Assembly (NCBI GenBank): GCA_977017645.1
Contig: OZ360243.1
Span: forward strand, 6,634,001 to 6,698,000
Reading direction: 5' to 3'
DNA: 64,000 nt
Source of the DNA: Torpedo marmorata
Taxonomy: Eukaryota
Shown here: positions 23,765 to 36,570 of the stretch, in pieces
Position numbering within the stretch: position 1 is the first letter of the stretch
Layout of the letters: each line of letters opens with the position of its first letter
Made by a program: the position numbers and the translations under genes
The notes under the pieces: model-generated
Databases searched by the model: none
What the model saw: only the letters and a program-made list of their open reading frames with translations
What the model was told of the DNA's origin: nothing

Positions 23765-26700
23765 TCAAATCCTTAAGCCAACAGCTTTCATATATGGGCT
23801 CCATATTTTTAAAAAGAAATGATATTTATTCTGTAAGTTGTAAGTAATTTTTTCAAGTGGTATACATAAACGAAGTTCTGCATGCCATCTTTCTAACCCT
23901 AAATCGAGATCAGATTTCCAAGTAATAGCAATACATTTCTTTGAAACAGCTAAAGCAATTCGCAGAAATTCTATTTGATACATATTTAATTTCATCTTAA
24001 TACTAAATTTTCTAATATCTCCAAACAAAAATATCATAGGATCCATTGGAAATGTAATCTTAAATACTTTATCTAAAAAAATTTTTAACTTTCAACCAGA
24101 AATCATAAACATTTGGACAAAACCATGTAGAATGTACAAAAGAATCTTCCTCTTTATTACATCTAAAATATAAACCTGATAATGTCGGATTAAATTTCTT
24201 TAGTTTTTTAGGTGTTAAATATAATTGATGAAAAAAATTGAATTGTATATCTAACATTAATAAATTTCGTCATACTTAATTTACATAATTCTTTCCAATG
24301 ATTTTCATCTATTGTTACATTCAAATCTAATTCCCATTTTAATCTTGATTTATGAATTCCTATTTTAGGGATTTTCCTCTGAAACAATTTATACATTTGA
24401 GAAATAAATTTATTTACATCTCCATTAGTAACTAATAATTCTAATTCATTCTGTCTTGGTAAAATCAAAGCATAACCTAATTTCTCAATCAGGAAAGCTC
24501 TAATTTGATAATAAGCAAAAAGTGTATTATCTAATATATTAAATTTATCTTTCATTCTTTGAAAAGTAATAAATTTCCCAGCTTCAAAACAATCATTTAT
24601 TTTCTTAATTCCTTTTTGAAACCAAATTTTAAATAATTGATTATTAATGGTAAATGGAATAAGTTCATTTTGATATAAAGGCATCCTTGAAGAAATCAAT
24701 CCTTTTCCTCCTATTTCCTTATCCGTCTTATTCCATATTTCTAACAAATGTTTAAGAATAGGAGAATTTTTCTTTCTTATTGATATTAATTTAGAATCCC
24801 ATTTATAAATAACTTCTTTGGAATCTTCTCCTATATTATTTAGTTCTATTTTAATCCAAGCAGAAGATTTAGTTGAATCAAAAAATTCATTAACAAATTT
24901 TAATTGAGCTGCTTTATAATAGTTTTGGAAATTAGGAAGTTGTAAACCACCCATTTCATAATTCCAAGTTAATTTTTCCATACCTACCCTTGCCAACTTT
25001 CCTTTCCATAAAAATTTTCTAATAATTGAATTTAAATCTTTGAAACATTTTTGAGGAATTTCATAAGGAATTGATTGAAAAAGATATTGAATTCTTGGAA
25101 AAACATTCATTTTAATACAATTTACTCTTCCCATTAAAGTTATAGATAAATCTTTCCAATTTTCTAAATCCTTTTTTATTTTCACAAATAATGGTAAATA
25201 ATTTAATTTATATAAATTAGCCAATTTTGTATCAATCTTTATTCCCAAATATTTAATTCCTTCCTTTGCCCATTAAAATTGTGTAATTTCTTTACATTTA
25301 CTATAATCCCCTTGTGATAATGCCATAATTTCACTTTTATCAGAATTAATTTTATATCCAGATATTTCCCCATATTCTCTCAATAACGCAGACAATTGTA
25401 CTAAAGATGTAGTAGATTTTGTCATATATATCAATACATCATCTGCAAATAAACTAATTTTATGTTCTTCCATTCCTACTTTAATACCAACTATTTTAGG
25501 ATCTTTTCTAACTAATTCTGCCAAAGGTTCTATCGCCATAATAAGTAACGCTGGTGACAATGGACATCCTTGTCTAGGAGATTGAGTCAAAGAAAATCTT
25601 GAAGAAATTTGTCCATTTGTAACTACTTTAGCAGATGGTTCTTTATATATAGTTTTAATCCAATTAATGTAATTCCAAAACCAAATTTCTCCAATACCTT
25701 AAATAAAAAATTCCACTCTAATCTATCAAAAGCCTTTTCGGCGTCTAGCATTAATACTAATGGTAAATCTTCCTTTTTTTTGTAAAGTAATTAAACTAAT
25801 TAATCTAGCTATATTATCTTTTGAATATCTATTCTTAATGAAACCAGCTTGATCTACATAAATTAAATCTGGTAAATAATTAGCCATTCTATTTGCTAAA
25901 ATTTTTGCCATTATCTTATATTCTGCATTTAACAATGAGATAGGTCTATATGATTCAGTTTTCAATACATCTCTATCTTTTTTAGGTAATACTGTAATTA
26001 TTGCATTTAAAAATGTATCCGGTAATGAATGGGTTTCGGTAATTTGATTTAATACATCCATATACGGAGGTATCAATAAGTCTTTAAACTCTTTATAAAA
26101 TTCTGCTGGAAATCCATCATCACCTGGAGATTTACCACTCGTTAAAGAAATAAGAACTTCATTAACTTCCCTCATTGAGAAAGGTAAATCTAAAGCTTCT
26201 CTACTTTGAATATTTAGTTTAGGTAATGTAATTTTAGATAAAAATCTATTAATTTTAGAGTTATCTTGATCAATCTGAGATTTATATAAATTTAAATAAT
26301 AATCCTTAAAAGAATCATTTATTTCTCGTGGTTTATAAGTTATTTCCCTAGAATTCTTTTTCCTAATAGCATTTATAGTTCTAGAAGCTTGATCTTTTTT
26401 TAATTGCCATGCCAAAACTTTATGTGCTCTTCCCCTAACTCATAATATCTTTGTTTAGTTCTTTCAATTAATTTTTCCATTTTGTATGTTTGTAATAAAT
26501 TATAATGTAATTTTTTCCCAACTAAATTATTCCTTTTTTGAATTGATCTATTTTTTGTAAATCTTTTTCCAAACACTCAATTTCCTTCTCTAAGTTGTTT
26601 ACCTCTCTAAGATAATCCTTCTTAATTTTTGCTGAATAACTTATTATTTGACCTCTTAAATAAGCTTTTAAAGCTTCCCATATAATAAATTTATTATTAG

Positions 26701-27542
26701 TAGAATTAGAATTTATTTGTAAAAATTCCTGAATTTCCCTTCTCATATAATCACAGAAATCTTTTCTTTTTAATAAAGAAGAATTAAATCTTCAACTATA
26801 TACAGTTTTTTCTTTTTCCGGAATTATAGAAGATATTAATAAAGGTGAATGATCAGAAATTATTCTCGCTTTATAAGATGCTTGCGTTATTCTATCTTGA
26901 ACCTGTGAAGATAATAAAAATAAATCTATTCTAGAATGAGTCATGTTTAAAAGAATAAAAAGAATAATCTTTTTCTCTAGGATTCAATTTCCTCCAAATA
27001 TCTATTAAATTTAAATCTTTCATCAAAGTAAGAACTCTTTTAGCAATTTTAGTTTTAACAAGTGATCTTGAAGTTTTATCCATTATTGGATCTAAACAAC
27101 AATTGAAATCTCCACCAATTAAAATATTCTCATTAGCTTCTGACAAATGTAAAAAAGAATCTTGAATAAACTGTTCATCATCTGCATTTGGAACATACAA
27201 ATTCATAAGTGTCCAAAATTCTGAATATATCTGACAATGAACCATAACATATCTACCTGCCACATCTATAACTACCGATTGTATATTAAAAGGTAACTTT
27301 TTATTAATTAATATAGCTACCCCTCTTGCTTTAGAATTAAATGAAGAAGTCACCACTTGACCAACCCATTCTCTTTTTAATTTTTGATGTTCCGAATCTA
27401 CCAAATGCGTCTCTTGTATAAAAAAAAAAGCTATATCTACATTCAACTTTTTAATATACGCTAAAGTTCTCTTTCTTTTAATCGGATTATTGAGCCCATT
27501 TATATTGATACTTACTACATTTATTTTCTTACTATCCATCAT
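23765..27542 (-). pseudogene. ORF2: L1 ORF2 (endonuclease-RT), multiple frameshifts
   Basis: NINGLN, IQETH, GGDFN, KSPGDDGFPAEFYK, RQGCPLSP, LFADD across seven ORF fragments. Confidence 0.92.
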
Positions 27543-27823
27543 TACTAAATTTTATCAAATCTCTTTCGATCAAATCCACCAGCTCCACCCACCAGGATTG
27601 TAAGCTATTTGACATCTCCTTGAAGAAAACAATAAAAAGAAATAAGAAAAAGAAGAAAAAACAAAACCCCAATGAATAAAATACTGGTAAAATTACCCCA
27701 GTATTACCCCCCTTTATTGCTCGAGAAGTGGCTCTCGCCACTAAAGTGGTGTATGGCTAGGAAGAAGAGACAAAAAGTCCACCTCCCCCCAACAGATTTT
27801 ACAAAACATTTATAATTGTAACT

Positions 27824-29206
27824 TCATTTAACTGATCCAATGTCCACATTGTCTTGGTCTTCTTCAATCTGAACATCAATTTCCTCCTCTTTTCTTGAAA
27901 TACTTGGCAAAGAAACTTGTAATGGTGAAATCTCTTGACCATGTTGATAACCCATCCAATCTTGACTTCTCTTCAAAGTAGGAAGAGCTTGTTCATACAG
28001 TAGCGCTTGTTGGGGATCCATAAAAGGAATAAAACGATTATCTTCAGTTTGAATCTTCAAAGTCGCAGGGTATTTAAAAGAAAACTTGTACCCCTTTTGC
28101 CAAAGAAGCGATTTTGTTGAATTAAATTCTTTCCGACTTTTGACTACCGCTGAAGTCAAATCAGGATAAAAGAAAACTCTATTATCATTAACCATCAGTG
28201 GAGATTTTTCCATTTTCGCTTTTTGAATGACTGCTCTTAATATTTTTTCTCTATCTTGAAATTGAAGACATTTAATCAAGACTGAGCGTGGTCTTTGACC
28301 CATATACTGACTTCGTGTCCCAATTCTATGTGCTCTTTCCAACTCCACTGGCTTGTCTAAAGACAAAACCTGAACAAGCCAATCTTGAAAAAATTGAGTT
28401 ATATCCTGTTTTTCAAAATTTTCGGGAAGTCCCACAATTTTAATATTATTTCTCCGGCTTTGATTTTCCAATTGATCCAATTTCTGTAAAAGTTGTTTTC
28501 TTTGTTGTTCCCAACCTGTAAATGAATCTTCTAATTTATCAATTCTTTCCTTATGATCCACAAATTCATCATAATTATTTTTAACATCATTATCAATTTC
28601 TTGGACTTTAGCTTTCACTGTATTTACATTATTTCTCAAACCTTTCATATCTTGTTTCACCTCTTTAATTTCTTCTGCCATTGATTTAAATCTAAATTCC
28701 ATGTGAGATTCCATACTTGCAATAGCCTGAAGTATTTGTTGTAAAGTTTGCCTTATTGACGACTCCTCATCAGCTGAGTCCTCAGGGTTGCCCTCCAGTT
28801 CCCTCATCTGTTGTTGTAGCTTTTGTTTCGATTCTTTTGTCTTTCCTTCAGAATCCGACGATGTTTCATGCTCCACAGCGTATAGTAACGTCTGTGGAGC
28901 GTCTCCTCTGCTGTCAGATTCATCTGACAGTTCACATTGTCTATCGCGCATGCGCGTCTTCTCGCGCATGCGTGGGTGTTCCAACATCATTTTTGTAGTT
29001 TTTCTTCGAGCGCCGGTGCCATCTTCCCCAGCTCCCTGGGAGAGTAGCACCGGCGCTGCAGTTACTCTCGGCGACCTCGATCGAGACGTCTTCGGAGGGA
29101 AGATTACCTGAGTCTCAGGCTCCATCAAACAAGAAGGCCGTTTTTCCTCTTGAAGTAAAACTGATTGTAGCAATGCTTTCTGTTCTTTCGTTTTTCTAGA
29201 GGCCAT
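27824..29206 (-). CDS. ORF1: L1 ORF1p (coiled coil + RRM + CTD), intact 460 aa
   Basis: LENQSRRNNIKIVGLPE, ELERAHR, FFYPDLT, YPATLKI motifs. Confidence 0.92.
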   Translation of the reverse strand: MASRKTKEQKALLQSVLLQEEKRPSCLMEPETQVIFPPKTSRSRSPRVTAAPVLLSQGAGEDGTGARRKTTKMMLEHPRMREKTRMRDRQCELSDESDSRGDAPQTLLYAVEHETSSDSEGKTKESKQKLQQQMRELEGNPEDSADEESSIRQTLQQILQAIASMESHMEFRFKSMAEEIKEVKQDMKGLRNNVNTVKAKVQEIDNDVKNNYDEFVDHKERIDKLEDSFTGWEQQRKQLLQKLDQLENQSRRNNIKIVGLPENFEKQDITQFFQDWLVQVLSLDKPVELERAHRIGTRSQYMGQRPRSVLIKCLQFQDREKILRAVIQKAKMEKSPLMVNDNRVFFYPDLTSAVVKSRKEFNSTKSLLWQKGYKFSFKYPATLKIQTEDNRFIPFMDPQQALLYEQALPTLKRSQDWMGYQHGQEISPLQVSLPSISRKEEEIDVQIEEDQDNVDIGSVK

Positions 29207-30114
29207 TGCTAAATATCTAATGATAATTTTTAATCTGTTTTTAAGTTGTATGAAGTTATTTATATTACTTTTTTAACTAAATCTGTGGGGAGAGGTGTAT
29301 TCTCACGTCCTCAACCTACCCCATCATGCCACACCCCCCCAGAAGGTGTATTCTTAATGCAGGTGTATTAGTTATGCATTGTAAGAGTGAGTCTCAGTCA
29401 ACCGGGAAATTCACATATCCGGCATCCGCGATCCCCGTAGGTGCCGGATACTGGGGATTTTACTGCATTACAAATTCAATAAACCTTATTGGATAATCTT
29501 CTCATTTGTTTTGGACTAAGTTAAGGTTCAAATTCATTATTTTGTGTATCAACAATGCAGGGAGAGAATTTGTTTTGCAAGCAGACCAGTTAATGTCTCA
29601 TACATAGCACAATAAGTAAGACAGTACAAAAAGATAGATTAGTTTGTACGGAGCTAAAGCAAACTAATTTTACCATTTTAAGGTTCATTTGGGAGACTGA
29701 TGATAACTGGAAAGAATCTGGTAGTTCGTGATCTCTCATTTGTGAACTTCCTGACAGGAGTGGAATGAAGTGTGGCTGGGGTGAGATGAGACTTTTAATA
29801 TGTTGGCTACTTTACAAAGCAACGGTAGTTATAGATGGAGCCGATGGAGGGCTGCCACATCACAACCTCTACAGTTTCTTGCAGTTTTGGGCCCATACTG
29901 TGTGGTGGTTCACCCTGTCAGGATGCTTTCAATGGTGCACCTGTAGAAATCGTTATGGGATGCTGGTGACATGTCAAATTAGGGCTTCGGAGGAAGTAGT
30001 GGCATTGGTGCACTTTCTTGGCCATCTTTACCCCTGGGAATTTTAAGTTGTCCACTCTTTCTACCTCTGTAACGTTGATGCAGACCAGGGACTGAGCTAC
30101 TCCAGATGTTTGTG

Positions 30115-30345
30115 CGGCACGGTTAGCGCAATGCTCTTACAATGCCAGCGGCCCGGATTTGAATCTGGCTCTGTCTGTAACGAGTTTGTGCATCCTCCCT
30201 GTATCTACGTGGGTTTTCTCTGGGCGCTCCGGTTTTCTCCAACCCTTCAAAACCTACAGGGGTTGTAGGTTAATTGGGGTATTTGGGCAGCACGGGCTTG
30301 TGGGCCGGAAGGGCCTGTTACTGTGCTGTATGTCTAAATTTAAAA
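30115..30345 (+). mobile_element. V-SINE (HE1-like), near full length
   Basis: tRNA-like head, V-domain GTGGGTTTTCTCTGGGCGCTCCGGTTT, CR1-type tail. Confidence 0.88.
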
Positions 30346-30349
30346 AATA

Positions 30350-30630
30350 ATTATAATCAGCTCTTTGGTCTTGCTGACGTTGACGGAGAGGTTGTCCTTG
30401 GCACCAAGTTACAAATCCCTGTGTCTCTGTTTTGTTGTTGTTAGAGATCCTGCTTACAACGGTAGCGTCATCTGTGGATTGATAGATGGAGCTGGAGCTT
30501 TGTTTGGCCATGCATTCGAGGGTGCACAGGGAGTAGAGAGCTGAGTACACGACCTTGTGGTGCCCTGGTATGGAGGATGATTATGGAGGTGCTGCTGTCA
30601 CAAATCCTTACTGATGGTGTACTGCAGGAT
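30350..30630 (-). mobile_element. Degraded Rex1 RT fragment (further remnants 29520-30090)
   Basis: LYSLCTLECMAK..SIYQSTDDATVV resembles [18 protein letters not shown]. Confidence 0.65.
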
Positions 30631-32244
30631 GAGGTAAAGGAAAAGTGAAGGATATTTAATATTTTTTTTCGTTTCAGATTAGGTTGAGGTTTGGCATAGA
30701 GTTGAAGGTCATGTCAAATGAATCAAGGTCCAGAATTCTAAAATAGCTTGATTGCCAGTGTATTTTCTCACATGCAGCTTTCAAGTGATGATATAAAGTG
30801 CAAAGGCATTTAAATGATGAATATTTGAAAATGAGCTCTTTTTGGTAAACCACCAGTCGTTTATTTTTGATAGAGCACTGATAGACCACCAATGGTCCAC
30901 AGAGCACAGGTTGAGAAATACTGGTGTGGACCAAACATTGTATTCCAAGTTGAAAGACAACCTGAATTTTTTTTCCTGAGTGAAATATTCCAGTTCTCAA
31001 AAGCTCAGCTCTCCTCACTTTTCAATAATGCTCTCCTTGGCTCATCCTTGAACTATTTCGGTTGACTTTTTCAGATCACATTGCCTCAATTCAACTTAAG
31101 ATTTTTAACACAAAAAGAACATGATGGCTTGCATTGTAAACAGCGTTCTACACTCTTAACTCTCCCTCTGTACCTGCTCAAGTGATTTGGTTTCAATATT
31201 CTGAGCTGCGCCACTTTTCTGGTTCCCCTCTTAATATCTTTGCGTAGTTTTGTGCTTGTCCCTTGTTCAGTGATAATGTTTTATTTTCAGTTGCTATCTT
31301 TCTCATTTCCACCTGAGACATTCTAAAAATCTTTTTTTTCCAGTAATTGGCTTTTGTTTTACCCCCCCCCCCAAAATCCTGCATCTTGTGTAACTAAAGC
31401 TTTGTGAACACATTAGCCATGATTTGATGGGTTGAATGGTCTAATTCTGCTCCTAAGTCTTGTGGTCTTAATGGTAAAATATCTTTTTGAATGTACGACA
31501 TGAAATGCCAGCAGGATGATCAGTTGAGGCTAAGTAAACGATTTCTTTAAGTCTCAGTGGTGACCTTGGCATTGAGCAGCAGATATGGTGTGTGGATAGG
31601 GCAGATGGCAGTGTATATAATTATTTAAAAGTATTTTTGTGCAAAAATAACTTGGAAGTTTTCTTCAGGCTATAAGAAATGTATATTATGGGAGAGGAAA
31701 GTATTCCTGAAAACATTTTCTAGAAAGGGAAACGTATTGCAAAAATTATACTTTCGGTTCTTTATTAAAGGTCAGTCATTTTTTTCCTCTGGCTGAGTAG
31801 CTGGTAGTTCTGTAGAGATGGTTGACTTTTTGTGTAATGTACTTATTAAACAGAACAAACCTAATTTGACTGTTCCAAGGTTAGTCAAATGGAACTTTTT
31901 TTGAAAGCACTTGGTGCAGAATCAGTTTTAATGGTTTGAGAGAATGTGATCTACGATTTTGTTGTTTTCACTTGAGTTGTTGATATTGGAACAATGAATA
32001 ATCTTCTTGACTGCTTTTTACAGCAAATATACTAATATTTGTTTTGAAAAATGAGTCATAATGTTAGTTTGGGAATGGTAAGATTCATATTTTGAAACAA
32101 TTATGCATTTAAGTTTATTTAAAGATAAGCAGATAGAATTTTAAAAATTAATTAGCATTTTCCTTCAAGAATTATGTTACATTTCCATGGTTTGTGTACA
32201 TATCTACAAATCCCTCTGGTCCTGCCTATATTTTTTGAACAATG

Positions 32245-32535
32245 TTCAAAGTTCAAATTTATTGTTAGAGTACATATCTGACATCACATACAACCCTGAG
32301 ATTCTTTTTCCCGCGGGTCAGCCAGAATTTCTAATTACCGGGAACTGTAATCTGTACTCAAAGAAAGAAATGTAAACAAACTGTGCAAATACAGAAGTAT
32401 AATATTCAGTAATAAATAATGAGCAAAGTAGGAGTCATTAAATGAGTCCCTGAATGAGTCTGTTATGAACCTGGAGGTACGAGTCCTATAGCGCCTGTAC
32501 CTCCTTCCTGACGTCAGCAGCAAAACAGCATGTCC
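32245..32535 (-). mobile_element. Rex1 LINE 3' end
   Basis: LLTSGRRYR motif; similar to 9863-10165. Confidence 0.7.
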
Positions 32536-32903
32536 TTATTCTACATTTCATTACTGCCTTGCCGCTTCTTGCCAAAATGTATTTCCATTTCCTTGCATCT
32601 TCCTGCACTAAACTTCATCTGCCATGGATACACTTCTTTATATTCTGCAGCTAGCTATCCTCTTGCCAATTCAAATTCAAAATTGTGACAAGCTCTGTCA
32701 TTTGCAAATATAGAAATTACAGCTTCCAATCAAGGATTGGAGGGGTATGGGCCTTATTTGGGGAAGTGGGACGAAAGCAAGAGGGCGCGTTTTTTGGCAC
32801 GGACAAGCTGGGTCTATGTTTCTGTGCTGCAGGACTATGACTACAGTATCAGGATTGGGACAGCCCTTAACCATCAGAGGATATATATTAGTAATGAGTG
32901 TAT

Positions 32904-33233
32904 TGTAGCACTGCGGCTGCTGTGTCGGAGAAAACACTACTGCACTTCAGGTTAGCTCACACAGGACTGACTTTATTGAGGTTCTGGCTCTGCTTATATA
33001 GGGCCAGCTCCCGGGAGAGACCCGCCTCTTCTGGCCGAGATGACGTCACGGGCCGACCGCTGATTGGTCGGTTTTCCCGCCAGCGGGAATGACGTCATGG
33101 GCCGGTCGCTGGTTGGTTGCTTTTCTCGCCGGAGCTGGATCCCCTGCAAGGCGGCCATTTTGTTCGTGGCCCTGTTGCGATCGCCGCGTTCGGTCGCCAT
33201 CTTGTGTCGCGGGTCGGTCTGCGGGCCGCTTCA
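32904..33233 (-). mobile_element. Solo LTR (Gypsy-type)
   Basis: TG...CA termini, 4-bp TSD GTAT (32900-32903, 33234-33237), TATA and AATAAA on minus strand; ends resemble LTR 2640-3019. Confidence 0.85.
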
Positions 33234-34574
33234 GTATTGACATTAACATTGTACATTGTTGCAGCTGAACAGGCACTTTGTAAAAAAAAAAAAAAAAACA
33301 ACTTTTCAAAAATAGTTGTGTTTTTAATGCTGTGTAAGGAAATTTTGTTTTGATTTGAAATTCTCAAGATGATTTCCATTTTTAAAACATTTTGTCTTTG
33401 CTAGAACTCTGAATAACCCACAAAATATTTTGTTTGAGGTAAACAAGAAAATCTAGATGCTGGGGTCAAATACAGTACACAAAGTGCTGGAGAAACTGAG
33501 GTACATGTATTTACATTGAAGTGTGTAAGGAAAATTTATATTTTTTTGTTCATTAGTTCTGACCTCAATATCCAAATGAATCCTATACCAATCTCTTCAT
33601 TATGATGGAAGTTTAGCCTGTTTGCAATTCTCTTTTCATTTCAAATCTATTATCTTCCATTGTTTCTTGATTCTTGCTTGGTTGATGATAATCTTTTTAA
33701 TGACTTTTCTACCTTTCTTGCAAGCACTTTGACCACAAATTAATGCATTTAGTGAGATGATTAATGATGTGTTGCAATAGAATGTCTGTAATGGCATGAT
33801 CACTTGTTAGTTTACAAACCTGCATGTTCTTGAAAAGAAAGCAAAAGGAACTAAAGATATTTCCCTCTGATATATTAAGTTGTTTCAGTCTGTTCCCTTT
33901 TTGGTGTGGCTTTGATTTAGTACTTTAATCTCTGGTTTGGTAAACTTTGTAGGCATGCTAAATTAGTTATCTCTAGATTTCCAAGTGGTGATAGGATGTC
34001 TCATCCATTACTCAAAACTTAACTTTGCTTTCACCATCCAATCCATCTGATGGAAATGGTAATAGCAGGACCAATGAAAGTTGGATGATGCTTGCTAATC
34101 TCCCACAAATTGTTGTGAAGTGAGAAAGTCTGAGGGTGTGGAGGAAATGCAAAATTAAACAAGTCAACAGATGGATAATAAAAGCCTGTAGGTGGAAATT
34201 GTGTTTTTTTTTTTTTTTTTCTCTGGATCTGGTAAATGATATTTAATCTCAAACTTAGTTGAAAACCTTTCTTAAATAAGGTCAGCTAAAGCACCTTTTC
34301 CAATGCAGTTCCATTAGCCTGTTCCTCCAGACGGTCAAGTAAAATGATGATGAAAGATCAAATCTCCTTGGGGCCCATAATTTTCAGCACAACATAAAAC
34401 TCCTCTAGCCCATTTTGGTGCCTCATCTTGTTGTATCATGCTATCAGTCAGCCATGATCTTATCGAATGGTGGAGCAGGCTTGGCGGACCCGATGACCCT
34501 TCTCCTGTTTATTTTACGTTCTTATAACTGTTAGAAAATTATAATTGCATTTTGGTTTTGGAAGATAGAACCTA

Positions 34575-35060
34575 ACCATTTTAATTTCACACACCATTGC
34601 CACACCGACGTGTCTGTCCATGGCCTTGTACTGCCAAATAGAGGCCACCCGCAAATTGGAGGAAACACACCTTGCATTCCATTTCGGCAGGCTCCAATCA
34701 GATCAATATCAATTTCTCCAATTTCAGTTAATGCCCTCCCTGATCTCTCTCTTTCCCCACCCTTCTGTCTCCTTTCCTCCAGCTCCCCAGTCCCTTCCTT
34801 CTATCAGAGAGCTACGCCTCTTAACCCTCTGCCTCTCCCCATCACTTCTCAGAATCTTTCTTCTACCCTCCCACCTAGGACCTCTTGCATGTTACCGTGT
34901 GCTTTTCTTTTTCCCCCCCCCCGCCCCAACCTTTTTATTCAGAGGACTACCTTTTTTTCCAGATTCCTGATGAAAGGCTGAGGCCCAAAATGTCAACTAC
35001 TTTTTACTTCCTTTGGATGCTGTGTGACCTGCTGAGTTTCTCCAGCACTTTTGTGTATTG
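34575..35060 (+). mobile_element. Penelope 3' fragment with degenerate hammerhead motif (34967-34994)
   Basis: MSVHGL..EATRKLEETHL.F; CTGATGA core; tail ctgctgagtttctccagca. Confidence 0.8.
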
Positions 35061-35334
35061 GTGACAACTTGACTTTGCCATCGACTCTGCTTGTGCCTGT
35101 GCATTCCAGGCAGATTTATGGTTTCAAATGTGGTACATCTGTTGCTTACTTGCTGTCTTCTGATCCAGTCAGATAAAAGCTTCCCTCAGCAAATGTACCT
35201 GCTGTTAGAAACAGTTTGTATGAACTGCAATCTGAAGTCATTCACCACTTGGAAATCTAGAGATAACTAATTCAGCATTCTGACAACGTTCTACCATTGT
35301 TGTTTAGGGAAGAAAGAAAACCTGCAATTTGATG

Positions 35335-36570
35335 TGAACAAAGAAAATCTGGAGGGACTCAGCAGGTCAGGCAGCATCCATGGAGGGAAAATTTAAATTT
35401 AGACATACAGCATGGTAACAGGCCCTTCCGGCCCACGAGCCCGTGCTGCCCAATTACACCCAATTGACCCCTGTACATTTTGAAGGGTGGGAGGAAACCA
35501 GATCACCCGGAGGAAACCCACGCAGACACGGGGAGAGCGTATAAACTCCTTACAGACAGTTCTGGATTTGAACCCCAGTCGTTGACGCTGTAACAGCGTT
35601 GCGCTAACTGTGCCACCTTAATTGTCACTCTTTATTGAGACTAAAGTGGGGAAACTGAGATAGCAAGCATAAAAAAAGGGGGGAGGGGCTGGGGATGGGC
35701 CAGAAGAGGATGGCATGCTGGACAAATAAGGTGGGAGAGGTGGAGAGACAGCTAGAGAAAGAGACTACTGGGGCAGGGGGGTGGGTGGAGTGGGCATGCA
35801 GGGTTTGAGAAGAGCAGAATGGGAGCAGGTAAAAGACAGATGGAAACAGTGCAATCGGATCAGGGTGTGGATTACCTAAACTTGGAAAACCAAAAGTTCA
35901 TGCCTTTTGGTGGTAGCTAACCAGGAGGAATATAATGTTGTTCATCAAGTTTGCATTTGGCCTCACCCTAGCAATGGATAAGGCCATTGACAGACGTGCC
36001 TGTGTGGGAATGATAAAGGGAAAAACAGTGTCTGTCAACCGGAAGTTTCAATTTGTACCAACAGACACAATGCAGGTGTTTGGCAAAACAGTCATTTAAT
36101 CTGTGTTTGGTTGTGGAGGTGGCCACATCGAGTGAACCAAATGCGATATAATCAGTTGGATTGGGTGCATGTGAAACACATGGAAGGTGTGTATATGGCC
36201 CTGAAGGGAAGTGAGGGGAGTGATGTACTGACAAGTGGTGCAGCTTCTATAGTTGCAGCAGGGAGTGGAAGCATTGACTGTAAGAGAAGAACAGAGCAGA
36301 AAATCAGAGAGAATGATCCTGGGGACAGCAGAAAGGGGTGAGGAGGGGAAGATGTGACTGGTGACAGTATCCTGTTGAAGTTGACGGAAGTGTCAAAGAA
36401 CTGTGTGGGATGCAGACGCTGGTGGGGCTTCCCATTTTAATCTTGACATAGGGTCTCATCCTGAAACATTGACCATTTCACTCCATGGATGCTGCCTGAC
36501 CCACTGAGTCCCTCGAGCTTTTCTTTGTTCACTCAAGATTCCAGCATCTGCAGTTCTTGTATTTCTCTGG
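35335..36570 (-). mobile_element. Degraded Penelope element with inverted pLTR piece (36430-36570), interrupted by a SINE
   Basis: GIY-YIG remnant (RLNDCFAKHL, HSHTGTSVNGL) in ORF 35968..36234; tail sequences in opposite orientation at the two ends. Confidence 0.65.
35391..35617 (-). mobile_element. V-SINE (HE1-like)
   Basis: Matches 30115-30345 in reverse complement. Confidence 0.88.

Larger units (their letters stand above)
23513..29345 (-). mobile_element. Full-length L1-clade LINE (~5.8 kb)
   Basis: G-rich 5' end, ORF1, spacer, ORF2 (APE-RT-CCHC), AATAAA tail; possible TSD GTGTATT. Confidence 0.93.
22268..29465. mobile_element. Tigger/pogo-like non-autonomous DNA transposon (~1 kb of own sequence) split by Rex1 and L1 insertions
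   Basis: Termini CAATAAAATCCCCA...TGGGGATTTTACTG; ends match MITE 3840-4039 in reverse orientation. Confidence 0.72.

Noticed and set aside
30115-30190. tRNA gene
   Set aside because: tRNA-derived SINE head followed by V-domain and LINE tail, not a cloverleaf gene
33405-33438. Possible 34-nt exon (ctag|...gag|gtaaac)
   Set aside because: The donor overlaps the start of a Penelope tail fragment; weak support
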